Shown here: piece after piece, positions 20,501-29,800 of the stretch
Layout of the letters: each line of letters starts with the position of its first letter
Numbering within the stretch: position 1 is the first letter of the stretch
Assembly (NCBI GenBank): GCA_016193315.1
Contig: JACPSJ010000001.1
Coordinates: 219,981-283,980, forward strand
Length of the DNA stretch: 64,000 nt
Direction of reading: 5' to 3'
From: Candidatus Kerfeldbacteria bacterium
Lineage (GTDB): Bacteria; Patescibacteriota; Patescibacteriia; SBBC01; CAIJZX01
Program-made: the position numbers and the translations under genes
The notes under the pieces: model-generated
What the model saw: only the letters and a program-made list of their open reading frames with translations
Told to the model about the DNA's origin: nothing
Database searches by the model: none

Positions 20501-21421
20501 AACACCATGCCGCAGTGGGCCGGATCGTGCTGGTATTACCTTCGGTTTACTGATCCGCACAACGATACAGCCATGGCCTCGCCTGAAGCGATGAAAGTCT
20601 GGTTGCCGGTAGATCTCTATGTCGGCGGCGCAGAACACGCCGTGCTCCACCTCCTGTACGCCCGTTTCTGGCACATGGTCCTCTATGATATAGGCGCAAT
20701 TCCGAAGGAGGTCGGCGGCGAGCCGTTCCTGAAATTGAAGAATCAAGGACTCATCCTCGGCCCGGACGGCGAAAAAATGTCCAAGTCGCGCGGGAATGTC
20801 ATCAACCCCGACGACATCGTGGCCAAGTACGGCGCCGATACCTTGCGGATGTACGAAATGTTCATGGGGCCGTTTGAAGATGCCAAACCATGGGATACAA
20901 ATGGGATTGTCGGGGTGCGGCGGTTTTTGGATAAGGTTTGGCGGGCGGCTGAACGTCTTGATAATTCGAAACCAAATGATCGGTGGCATAAGTATGCGAA
21001 TATGATTACTCGAGGCATTGAAGAGTTCAGGTTTAATACTTGTGTCAGCGATCTTATGAAGTGGGTGAATGAATGGGGCGCGAAGTCGGTGTCTAAGGAG
21101 GAAATTGAAGTGTTTTTGAAAGTCTTGTCACCATTCGCGCCGCATATGGCCGAAGAACTTTGGCAACAACTCGGACATGAAACAATGTTGGTTCAGGAAT
21201 CTTGGCCTGAGTTCGATCCAGATCTTCTGCGCGATGACACCGTTACAATTGCCGTACAGGTGAATGGAAAACATCGCGGGAATGTTATCGTTCCAACCGG
21301 CTCGAATGAGTCCGTCGTTCGCGAAGCGGCGCAAGCGGAAGCGAATGTGAAGAAGTATTTAACGAGCGAGCCTAAGAAAGTGATTTTTGTGAAGGATAGG
21401 CTGATTAATTTTGTAGTATAG
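17501..21421 (+). CDS. leuS: Leucine--tRNA ligase with inserted ITPase-like, Nudix and ASCH-like domains
   Basis: MFPYPSADGLHVGH, FTTRPDT, GTGAIMAVPAHD, RQRYWGEPIP, KMSKS; 1306 aa versus about 800-870 typical. Confidence 0.95.
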   Translation: MSMAASKYDHQAIEKKWQQSWVEAGVFRPPLPTGASRHPPSTPAAAERGGRSTYVLDMFPYPSADGLHVGHPEGYTATDIVSRYLRMKGMTVLHPMGWDAFGLPTENAAIQKKIHPRIVTEQNVKNFKRQIMSLGFSYDWGRELNTTDPKYYKWTQWIFLQLFKKGLAYEAELPIWWCPKDKTGLANEEVVGGVCDRCGTKVERKMLRQWVLRITAYAERLLKGLDKLNWPENIKALQRNWIGKSQGAEVVFGIKTPSAKKPQLFISTKNPAKKKRYVHMFAPLGVDIVTTDDLGKSVTDVEVEEGEDIKENALKKAQIFHQATGLPTLAIDEGLIIDTFPANQQPGSHVRRIPGFSGRPTDEDMSTYYINEVVKHGGESLVHWEHAIAYVDEFGAKETQIKVTSSKIVATKSKKVKDGYPLDSLLIDLKTGKYRSELTPKEDEAAIQPLTDALTRFVSGALSKSSQVTVFTTRPDTLFGATYLVLSPEHPLVDVITTPEKKPAVEKYKKEVASKSDLERTALEKEKTGVFTGAYAINPVNNEKIPVWIADYVLMSYGTGAIMAVPAHDERDYEFAKKHELPIREVIIPYRYYKPNPPRPGKKTVERRNIHPIVKNPRTGKFLALRWTKHPWVTFPMGGIDGNEDIVKAAEREVAEETGYTDLKFERVLGGQVKAEYFAAHKNENRVAYTQAVVFSLRSEKRIPVPEHELKEHEVIWLDPKELNSQVMVHAELDVWLHRLARDEHAYTGEGALINSGQFDGLTSEDGRKKIVEWLKTQGKAKPKVNYKLRDWVFSRQRYWGEPIPLVHCENCANIVQSTNYTLHFSDREIWGDLLSGKKTIETRALNPEEPERYFGNIKPGHATPESYIKGIFKPTGEVAYFRVKSVRIYKSLRKLFVDKKVHAKIWPDRTFKTLEELRQSHDELTPGNAAKIDKNGLIAFEIKHVLPGIIPLKEDELPLELPDVERYEPTGIGESPLAAINEWVNVKCRVCGHPAKRETNTMPQWAGSCWYYLRFTDPHNDTAMASPEAMKVWLPVDLYVGGAEHAVLHLLYARFWHMVLYDIGAIPKEVGGEPFLKLKNQGLILGPDGEKMSKSRGNVINPDDIVAKYGADTLRMYEMFMGPFEDAKPWDTNGIVGVRRFLDKVWRAAERLDNSKPNDRWHKYANMITRGIEEFRFNTCVSDLMKWVNEWGAKSVSKEEIEVFLKVLSPFAPHMAEELWQQLGHETMLVQESWPEFDPDLLRDDTVTIAVQVNGKHRGNVIVPTGSNESVVREAAQAEANVKKYLTSEPKKVIFVKDRLINFVV

Positions 21422-21431
21422 ACTCTCTACT

Positions 21432-22385
21432 TTGCAACCCCTTGATAGAATTGATTACACGGGCGATATAAAGACATTACTTCAGAAGGTTTGTGGCTCA
21501 TTTGACATTGGCTTACTGCAAAAATATTCGTTGATAGAGACGGGTTACGAAGACTGCAATATTATCCTTGAAACAAAAGAAGGTAAGTTTTTATGTAAGA
21601 TTTTTTCAAAGAAAAGAACGCCAGCAGATGTTCAAAGGTACTCTGAAATAATGAAAAAAGTAGTTGAGGCTGGAGTGCGCCACCCTGAACTTCAAAAAAC
21701 TGAAAATCATCAAGTACTTTTTAGCCACAAAGCCCCAGCGCTTGTTTTGATGCGGTTTATCGAGGGCGAGACATTCCTCGAACTGGATCGACCACCGAAC
21801 AACTCTGAACGCAAGGACGTATTACAACAGGCGGCTATCATCAACGCCATTGATTTCACCCCACCGTACTTATTTGACTCTTGGGCCATCCCACATATTC
21901 ATACAATGTTTGATAAGGTCAAGAAGTATATTCAACCGGCGGACCGGCTACTGGTAAAACAAGCCATGGATCGATACGATGCTATCCCGGTCGCAAGCTT
22001 GCCCAAATGTTTCGTGCATGGTGATTTTACCAAGGCGAACATTCTCAAAGGGAACGACGGAAAGATTTATATTCTTGATTTCTCGGTCGCGAATCGATAC
22101 CCACGAATTCAAGAGTTAGCGGTCATCGCCGCCAATCTCATGTTTGAGAAGGGCAAGGATGGCTCGTTACCATCGACGTGTACGTCCCTTGCGACTGAAT
22201 ACAATTCATTCTTGCCGCTCACAAAAGACGAAATTGAGCATCTTTACCCCTATGCACTGGCCGGAGTGGCGATGGAATTTATGGGTGCTCATCAGGAGAA
22301 GTTTATCAACGGCAATGACACGGAAGAGACAAACTACTGGATGCATCTAGGTCGATCAGGTCTCAAGCAAGCACTAGGAAAATGA
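21432..22385 (+). CDS. APH/homoserine-kinase-type-II-like phosphotransferase
   Basis: GYEDCN, HGDF..ANIL, ILDFS motifs. Confidence 0.8.
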   Translation: MQPLDRIDYTGDIKTLLQKVCGSFDIGLLQKYSLIETGYEDCNIILETKEGKFLCKIFSKKRTPADVQRYSEIMKKVVEAGVRHPELQKTENHQVLFSHKAPALVLMRFIEGETFLELDRPPNNSERKDVLQQAAIINAIDFTPPYLFDSWAIPHIHTMFDKVKKYIQPADRLLVKQAMDRYDAIPVASLPKCFVHGDFTKANILKGNDGKIYILDFSVANRYPRIQELAVIAANLMFEKGKDGSLPSTCTSLATEYNSFLPLTKDEIEHLYPYALAGVAMEFMGAHQEKFINGNDTEETNYWMHLGRSGLKQALGK

Positions 22386-22435
22386 TTTTCGTGGAGGATA
22401 ATCCGATTTGTATTTACCCTCAATGGATTTTCCGC

Positions 22436-22464
22436 TTGACTTCACCTTGGCAAGAGGATAGTAT
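22436..22464 (+). promoter_or_regulatory. sigma70 promoter
   Basis: TTGACT-17 nt-TAGTAT. Confidence 0.6.
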
Positions 22465-22563
22465 GGTCCTAACAAATTCTGGTGGCGGACCACCGCACCA
22501 CGTCGGGTGCGGGGCAAGATAACTATCTCTATGCGCCAAGAGCGTATTTCGACTAGGAAAAAC

Positions 22564-22977
22564 ATGAAAAAGTCGCTCCGGACCCTCGTTGAGGAAGGGT
22601 TTGGAAAAATAGGCATTCTTGAGAGCAAAGTGAACGGAGGGTTTGGGCGGGTCGCCAATCTCGAGAAAACGGTCAAGAAACTTGCGGCAACCATGCAGCA
22701 AGGCTTTCAGCGCATCGACCAACGCATGGACCGAGGCTTCATAAAAGTTCATGAGGATCACGAAGAATTGGCCAAGATGGTCAAGCAAGGGTTTGATGAT
22801 ATGGACGAACGGATCGACCAACGATTCAGTCATGTCGACCAACGGTTTGACACGGTCGATGCTGAAATTGGAGCAATCAATCGGCGGTTGGCTCAAGCCG
22901 TCTACCAAAACGAATTCGTGGCTCTTGAATCCCGGGTCACGACGTTGGAACGGCGGACGGGACTTTCGAAAAAGTAA
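22564..22977 (+). CDS. Coiled-coil hypothetical protein
   Basis: Repeated GF..ID.RF heptads; ATG 22564 after AGGA. Confidence 0.7.
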   Translation: MKKSLRTLVEEGFGKIGILESKVNGGFGRVANLEKTVKKLAATMQQGFQRIDQRMDRGFIKVHEDHEELAKMVKQGFDDMDERIDQRFSHVDQRFDTVDAEIGAINRRLAQAVYQNEFVALESRVTTLERRTGLSKK

Positions 22978-23042
22978 AAAAGCACCAAGACTGGCGCCAT
23001 CAAACGCTTTTTTGTTTGATTGAAATACGGTACAATCGGTGT

Positions 23043-23672
23043 GTGGTTGTTAGCAATAAAGCAAAATACATTCGGTCCGGTGAAGTTATTCTCTTTCCCA
23101 CCGAATCCTTCTACGCCCTTGGCGCGGACGCCACGAACGGGCGGGCGGTGAAAAAAATCTTTCGACTTAAGAGCCGTGCAAGAGGAAAACCGATCGCCGT
23201 CATGTGTGGCAGTTGGCGGCAAATAAAACAATACTTTGTCATGAACAAAACTGAGCGACAGTTCGCCCGTCAAAACTGGCCCGGGCCGGTGACGTTGTTA
23301 CTGAAACCAAGACGGCAGGTTGCGGCCGCGGCCTTGGCCCCGGTTGTCTCCTCACCCACCCTCTCCTCAGCGAGGAGAGGAAGTGGTGGAGGCCAAGGCC
23401 GCGGCCGGCACATTAGAATTGGCGTCCGTATTCCGGCCCACGCGCGAGCGAGAAAGCTCGCGCTGTCTGTGGGCGCGCCCATCACCGCCACCAGCGCTAA
23501 TCGGACAGGCAGACCGCCGACGAAATCCGCCGCTGCCGTCCGGCGAGCTTTTCCTGGTATGATGATTATGCCGGGGCGGTGCGGACGGCAGCGGCGGCCA
23601 TCGACCGTCATCGAAATTCGGCATGGTCAGATTGTCGTCTTGCGCCCGGGGGCACTGACATTGTCACCATGA
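23043..23672 (+). CDS. tsaC: Threonylcarbamoyl-AMP synthase (TsaC/Sua5) with an in-frame hairpin insert
   Basis: FPTESFYAL, K.R...KPI, WPGPVTL, IGVRIP, TSAN, PSTVI. Confidence 0.9.
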   Translation: MVVSNKAKYIRSGEVILFPTESFYALGADATNGRAVKKIFRLKSRARGKPIAVMCGSWRQIKQYFVMNKTERQFARQNWPGPVTLLLKPRRQVAAAALAPVVSSPTLSSARRGSGGGQGRGRHIRIGVRIPAHARARKLALSVGAPITATSANRTGRPPTKSAAAVRRAFPGMMIMPGRCGRQRRPSTVIEIRHGQIVVLRPGALTLSP

Positions 23673-23673
23673 T

Positions 23674-23829
23674 CCCGTTGGAAGTTTCCTTCTCCGACCG
23701 TCAGCAGTGTATCACGAACCAGCGCTTGGCTGGCTCTGCTTCTCACGGGATGATCCCGTCAGAGGGCTAACGAAGAAAGGAATTCGAATGCAAATTTTCC
23801 CGCTCGGTCCGCAATAACGCTCTCACGGG
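23674..23829. mobile_element. Two tandem hairpin elements (76 and 75 bp) separated and flanked by ATGAT
   Basis: ATGAT at 23669, 23750 and 23830; termini CCCGTTGGAAG/CTTCTCACGGG and CCCGTCAGAG/CTCTCACGGG. Confidence 0.7.
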
Positions 23830-24984
23830 ATGATCCACTTTCCCCACCACTTTCCGCATTACTTCAAACAAAAGCTCAGTCTGCCGCTGGAAGAGCTGTA
23901 CTTGACGGCGGCGATGATGGATTTCGCCTCGGCGGCGATCACGCTCTTCGAGCCGATTTACCTCTGGACGCTCGGCTACCGGATTCCGCAGATCATGCTG
24001 TTTTACTTCATGGTCTACGGGGCGTACTATTTTCTCCTGCCGCTGGGCGGCAAGTTCGTGGCTCGAGTCGGACCTCAGCAGTCGATCTCGCTGTCCACCA
24101 TTTGGCTGGTGGCCTACATTGCCGCCTTGGTCGGCATCGCTTCAAATGGGGCGCTCTTTTTTGTGGCCCCCTTGCTGTTTGCTTTACAGAAGACTTTCTA
24201 CTGGCCAGCTTACCATTTCGAATTCATGCGGTTCTCGGTGCGGCAGGAGCGGGGGAGCGAGTTCTCGGGCTTGTGGACGGTGACAACGATGATGTATGTC
24301 CTGGGGCCGATCGTGGCCGGCGTGATCATCAAGTTCTTCGGTTTTCCGCCACTCTTCATCGGCGCGGCTGTAATCATCCTTTTTTCGAGCGCCCCCTTGT
24401 TTCACACGCCGCCGGCGCCGAAACGTGAAACGTATTCATACTGGCAGAGTTTCCTGTTGCCCTGGCGGCAACGTTACCGCCGCAGCACGGCCGGCTACCT
24501 CGGCACCGGCGAGGAGCTGATTGGCCTGACCGTGTGGCCGATCTTCATCCTGCTCATCTATGGCAACGTACTCAGTCTAGGACTATTGGTCGGGGCGAGC
24601 GCCCTGCTCACCTCAATCGCCACCCTGGCGGCCGGTAAGTGGGCTGATCGAAGCCAGAAGAAACGAATGCTATCAACCAGCAGCTTGATTCAGGCCGGGC
24701 TGTGGCTAGTGCGCCTCTTTGTTCGACATCCAGCCAGCGCCTTTGCCGTCGACACCGCTGGCCGCTCGATCCACAACGCCGTCTTTGTCAGCCAGTCAGC
24801 CATCACCTATGACCGAGCGCATCAGGATGACTACTCCTGGCATGGGGTCTACTATGAACAAGGATACGCCCTGGGCAAGTCCCTCATGGCGGCGGTGATC
24901 ATGATCCTGGCCAGTCTAATCGAGCCGTTTCAAGCCTCGTTTGTCATGGCCGCGCTGTTCAGCTTGTTCTATACGCTGTTCTAA
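23830..24984 (+). CDS. MFS transporter
   Basis: About 12 TMs, GGKFVARVG and AGKWADR loop motifs. Confidence 0.85.
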   Translation: MIHFPHHFPHYFKQKLSLPLEELYLTAAMMDFASAAITLFEPIYLWTLGYRIPQIMLFYFMVYGAYYFLLPLGGKFVARVGPQQSISLSTIWLVAYIAALVGIASNGALFFVAPLLFALQKTFYWPAYHFEFMRFSVRQERGSEFSGLWTVTTMMYVLGPIVAGVIIKFFGFPPLFIGAAVIILFSSAPLFHTPPAPKRETYSYWQSFLLPWRQRYRRSTAGYLGTGEELIGLTVWPIFILLIYGNVLSLGLLVGASALLTSIATLAAGKWADRSQKKRMLSTSSLIQAGLWLVRLFVRHPASAFAVDTAGRSIHNAVFVSQSAITYDRAHQDDYSWHGVYYEQGYALGKSLMAAVIMILASLIEPFQASFVMAALFSLFYTLF

Positions 24985-25086
24985 TCCCGTTCGATGACTC
25001 GATGATCGTCCCAGGATGGCCCGGTCAGAGCGCCCACCTTCGAAGTCATGCGTTTTTCAAACCGCGGAACACAATGCCAGTAGCGC

Positions 25087-25911
25087 TTGAACGGAGTGAA
25101 TAGAGCCGAGGTCAAGCGACTGATCCGACACATCGGACTCCGTCCAGCGCGGGCCGCGGGGCAGCATTTCTTGCTCGACGATACGGTGGCCGAGGCCATG
25201 GTCGAAGCCGCTGGTGTCAAGCTGACGGACACGATTTTGGAAATCGGGCCGGGCCTGGGCGCGCTGACCACAAAACTGCTCGACCGTGGAGCCACGGTCA
25301 TGGCCGTTGAACTTGATCGCCGATTAGCTGGTTTCTTGCGACAGCGCTTCGCTGACCGGCCGCGCCTGACCATCATTCACCAAGACATTTTCCAAGTCAA
25401 CATTCCGCGCCTGTTCGATCAGCGACCATACAAAGTGGTGGCTAACCTGCCCTACGGCGCTACGTCGCTGGTCCTCCGTAACTTTCTATCGCTACCACCG
25501 CTCCCCTCGACCATGACCGTCATGGTCCAAAAGGAGGTGGCCCACAGAATGATCGCCCGGCCCGGCAGAATGAGCCAGTTGGGCGTGATGGTCCAATACT
25601 ACAGCCAGCCGCGGGTGTTGTTCGACGTGCCGCGGGCCAGTTTTTTCCCGGTCCCAGAAGTTGTTTCCACCGTGGTCCAATGCGCTGCGATTCGGCCGCG
25701 CGACACCACGGAGAGCGGCCAGCTCTTCCGCTTGACGAAAGCAGCGTTCGCGTCCAAACGGAAACAACTCCACAATGCGCTGCGGTCGATGGTCAAAGAT
25801 TCAGACCCGGATCTCCCGGCCGAACTGTTCCGACTGGGGATAAATCCTCAACTCCGTCCGCAAGATCTTAGCGTTGAAGATTGGCGAAGAATGGCTAAAA
25901 TGTTATTTTGA
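25087..25911 (+). CDS. rsmA: 16S rRNA m6(2)A dimethyltransferase
   Basis: GQHFL, LEIGPGLGALT, VANLPY, MVQKEVA, F.SKRKQL; start uncertain. Confidence 0.93.
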   Translation: MNGVNRAEVKRLIRHIGLRPARAAGQHFLLDDTVAEAMVEAAGVKLTDTILEIGPGLGALTTKLLDRGATVMAVELDRRLAGFLRQRFADRPRLTIIHQDIFQVNIPRLFDQRPYKVVANLPYGATSLVLRNFLSLPPLPSTMTVMVQKEVAHRMIARPGRMSQLGVMVQYYSQPRVLFDVPRASFFPVPEVVSTVVQCAAIRPRDTTESGQLFRLTKAAFASKRKQLHNALRSMVKDSDPDLPAELFRLGINPQLRPQDLSVEDWRRMAKMLF

Positions 25912-25936
25912 CGTAGGGGCAAATCTGTGCTATAGT
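25908..25936 (+). promoter_or_regulatory. sigma70 promoter heading the 28 kb operon
   Basis: TTGACG-17 nt-TATAGT with extended TG. Confidence 0.75.
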
Positions 25937-26079
25937 AAAAGCATATTTTTCGTTCCTCCGCCGATCGTTTCCACCGTCTTTTATCACCACAATTGGGCGC
26001 TCCTACTAGGGGGCCAACCGAATCAGCCGTCAAGAGAAGATTGTGTCTCCGGAGCAGCAGGTCTGAATAAACGCTTTTC

Positions 26080-26814
26080 ATGTTCGAAAACGACAAGTCG
26101 AAAGTCCGCCGGCCGGGGGTGGTCGATCGGCTGATCGATTTCCTCTCCGGTTCCGCCCCCGCCGCCTCGCTGGAAGGGCACCGGGCGTATCGGCTAGCGT
26201 TTTTTTTCGGCCTCCTTGGCCTGGGGTTAGGAGCTTGGCTCATCCGGCAAACCATTACGAGTCTTGGTCAGCAGCCTGTACCGTCGGTGACCAATGAGCA
26301 AACGCCGGTGGCCAAGCTGGCCGAGCTCAAAACGAAAGATACGGATGAGGACGGGTTATCCGACTTCGATGAACTCTACGGTAGCAAGACCAGCCCCTAC
26401 CTCCGCGATTCCGACAGCGACGGCGTGGCCGACGGGGACGAGCTGAGGCAAGGAACTGATCCGAACTGTCCCTCCGGAAAAGCGTGTGCCGGCATTGTCG
26501 GCGGGGGTCCAACCACCGACAGCGGCGGCCAACTGACGCCCGAGTTTCTTCGCCAAGCCCTTCGCGATTCCGGGGTGGCGCAGAACACGCTCGAGGGCCT
26601 GTCCGACGATCAATTACTCGGTCTCTACCAACAGGTCGTTCAGGGGGCCACGAACACCAATGCCTTGGCCAGCATCACGCTCGATGATCTCAAGAAACTG
26701 TCAGGCGACGAAGTGCGCCAGCTGCTCCAGGACAGCGGTATCAGTAGCGAGGAGTTGAGTAAACTCGATGACGCGACATTAAAAAAAATCTTTCAGCAAG
26801 CACTCGAGCAGTGA
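26080..26814 (+). CDS. Membrane protein with Ca-binding TSP3-like (DTDxDGLSD) repeats
   Basis: TM, DTDEDGLSDFDE, DSDSDGVADGDE, then short helical repeats. Confidence 0.75.
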   Translation: MFENDKSKVRRPGVVDRLIDFLSGSAPAASLEGHRAYRLAFFFGLLGLGLGAWLIRQTITSLGQQPVPSVTNEQTPVAKLAELKTKDTDEDGLSDFDELYGSKTSPYLRDSDSDGVADGDELRQGTDPNCPSGKACAGIVGGGPTTDSGGQLTPEFLRQALRDSGVAQNTLEGLSDDQLLGLYQQVVQGATNTNALASITLDDLKKLSGDEVRQLLQDSGISSEELSKLDDATLKKIFQQALEQ

Positions 26815-29800
26815 ACGTCCAACATCCTAACCCGCGCCGCTTTCCGACCAGCCGTTTCCTGGCCGCACTGCTCGCCTTCCTGACGGTGGTGGTGGTGTTC
26901 CGCACCTTCCAGCCACGGCCGGCGGAAGCCATTCTGGGCGTTGGCGACGTATCCGTCACGGTCGGAGATATTCCGCGGATTATCTTCCAATTCGTCGACG
27001 CCGCCCGCAAGCGGGTAGGCGCGATCCTGAAGGTCGCCGGCGACATTGCCTTCAAGAACACGCTGGAGATCTACAATGCCAAGATCGCGCAAGAGATCCT
27101 GACACAAATCAGTACCGCCGGCCCGGGCCAGAAACCGCTGTTCCTGACGAATCCGAAAACTTTTTTCCGTGACGTGGCCAATTCGGCGGCCGGAGATTTC
27201 ATTGACGAATTCACCCGGGGATTGACCGGCGAACGGGGGCCGGGGACGGCCTTCAGCTCCGCCCGCCAGCGCTTCATTATTTCACGGATCTTGCGGATCG
27301 GAGTCGGCAGCCCGGTTGAACAGTGCCGCGATAGTTGTCGGTCCACCTATAGCGTCGGGAACATCGACCTGGCGGGAGTCAAAGAATACTCCGATGAGGA
27401 ATTCCGGCAGCTGACCCAGGCCAGTTTTCGGAATGAGTTTGAATGGCGGATTGTTAATGTCCAGCGGCGGATTGACACGGTGACAAAACCAGCCATCGAC
27501 CATCAGGAGAGCGAAATCGTCTGCCGTGACGTGGCGTTACCAGCCGGACCGCCGCTGCCGGGACAAAACTACCTGCCGTGGCAAATTCAGCTCGGTGCCT
27601 GCGGCGAGGCGGTGCCGCCGCCGGAGTGTACAACGGCTCCGCAAGAATGTTTGAACCGCCAGCAGGAGGCCATCAATACGGAACGAGCCTCGGCCCAACA
27701 GCTGACCAACCAGTGTCTGCGGGATTGTCAGAGTGGATTGGCCGGTCTGGCCTCGGACGCCATCAACCAGGCTACAGCCACCGACATCTTCAACGCCACC
27801 ATCGAGTTAGATACTCGTCAAGCGACTCGCGCCATTACCCAAGAATTGTCGCGCGACAACAGCGATATTGGCAAGACGCTCTACTCTTTTGCTCAGTTGT
27901 ACGATACGGTTCAGGAACAAATCACGGCCGCCAAGACCGAGTTGGAAGCCGGGGCCAAGCCCCGCACGTCGAAAGTCAGCGAGGTGGTGCTGGTGCCGAA
28001 GGAAGCCAACCAACAAAGCCTCTTCACCGCCCTGGTTGGCGGCGACGACGCCAAGAAGATTTACACCGGCACCACGGCCGCCGATATTATCAAGGGCGTG
28101 GCCGCTTTCATTAATAGCCCGCTGTTCAAGGTGCTGACCTTGTATTTTAAGCACCAGTGCGGACTCAACACCGAAGCCTGCCGCGGGCCGTCGCAGCCGA
28201 CCTCGACACTCGGGCAGCTGCTCTTCGGCTCCGGCGGGCCAACCGGCCTGGCCGGGGCCCGGCTGCAATTCTCGACCGTTGGTCAAACCAAGTTCCTGAC
28301 CGGTGACCCCGGCCGGAACGAAGTCGACATCCCCAATGAGTTGGCGTCGGCCGGACTGATTGACGCCCAATTTCGGAACGCGATCGAGGACCGTCTGACG
28401 GTTCAAGAAGCACTGGACAAAGGGACGCTCGACCCGCGGAAGACTTTTGGGTTTGACCGTAACGGCGTTCAGCCGCGCGACGGCTATCCGTTCCGCGCTC
28501 TCCAGTACCTGCGAAAGTACCGCGTCGTCCCGGTCGGCTGGGAACTGGCCGCCAACTTCAGCTTACAATTCGATCCCCGCGACCTCAGTTTCGGTTTTCT
28601 GACTAAGCAGTTCAACCTCTGCGGCCAGGACGAGACTCACCGAGTCTGTACGAATGACCCCAATACGAGCTGTCAGGCGGACGATGACTGCAGCGGCAAC
28701 CGCTGCGGCGCCAGCCCGTACTGCGGCCTGGTTGATCCGAACTGGGTGCTCAAAGCGCCGCAGACGTACTGCCGCCGGCAAGGTGCCGGCGAGGAAATCA
28801 TCACCAAGGAATTCGTCTGCGATGAGAATAATATCCGGTCCATCGACGGAGTAGTCATCAACCCAGCATTCCAAGACGCCGGTCCGGACGGCATTCCCAC
28901 TACCCCTGACGATCAAGACAATAATCCACCCAACTGCGTCAAGGACGAACTCCGGAATGTCCACCCCGACCTCGGTCGTTGGGTCGTCAGCCGAAACACC
29001 AACACCTGCGCCGATACCCAGTCGTGCATCGCTGAGAACGACGACGGCACGTGTATTGCTTTCGGCTATTGCGTCCAGGAACGCCAGCAATTCCGCTTCG
29101 ACGGCACCCAGTGCGACGCCGAGTTCGCCAGCTGCACCACCTATACCGACGATCAAGGACAACCAGCGTCGTACCTGGCCAGCACGCTTGACTTCCGCAA
29201 CTGCAACGCCGACGTGGCCGGCTGCCAGTGGTATTGTCAAAACTACGACGCCGAAGCGCAACGCTGGACCTGCGGCGAGCCGCCCGGCAACGATGATCCC
29301 AGCGTCGTCAATGACATCATTCGTTTCACCAGCAACGTTCAAGCCTGCAACCAAAGCCAGGCCGGCTGTCGGCAATTTGTCCGGACCTCGAACGGATCGA
29401 ACCTGCTGCCCAACGGCGGCTTTGAAATTTTCTCCGGCGCCGAGCTCGACAGCGGGTTGGTAGCCAACTATGACAGTTGGAACAAAATTGGCGGGATCGG
29501 AACGTTTCCGGTTTCGGCCAGCGACCCGGATGTCACATCAAGTAACCGGGCGGCTATCAAGTTGACGGGGGGTGCGGGCGATGAACTTAGCGCGACCATC
29601 GATACCGGCTATGCTCTCTACGAGCGATCGTTTTCGGCCTCCATTCGGGCCCGGGCCGATTCAAGTTGCACCGCCAGCCTGGAAATGGACACCGACGTGG
29701 TCAGCTCGGGACAAGTGGTAACGATCGGCCCGAGCTGGGCGACTCAGGCGTTGTCAATCGTCATCCCAGAGGAGGAGAGGGTTCGTTCGTTTAGCAATGC

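Noticed and set aside
23669-23836. CRISPR-like repeat-spacer array
   Set aside because: Only two units, each bounded by inverted termini with a 5-bp duplication; no cas genes in the window
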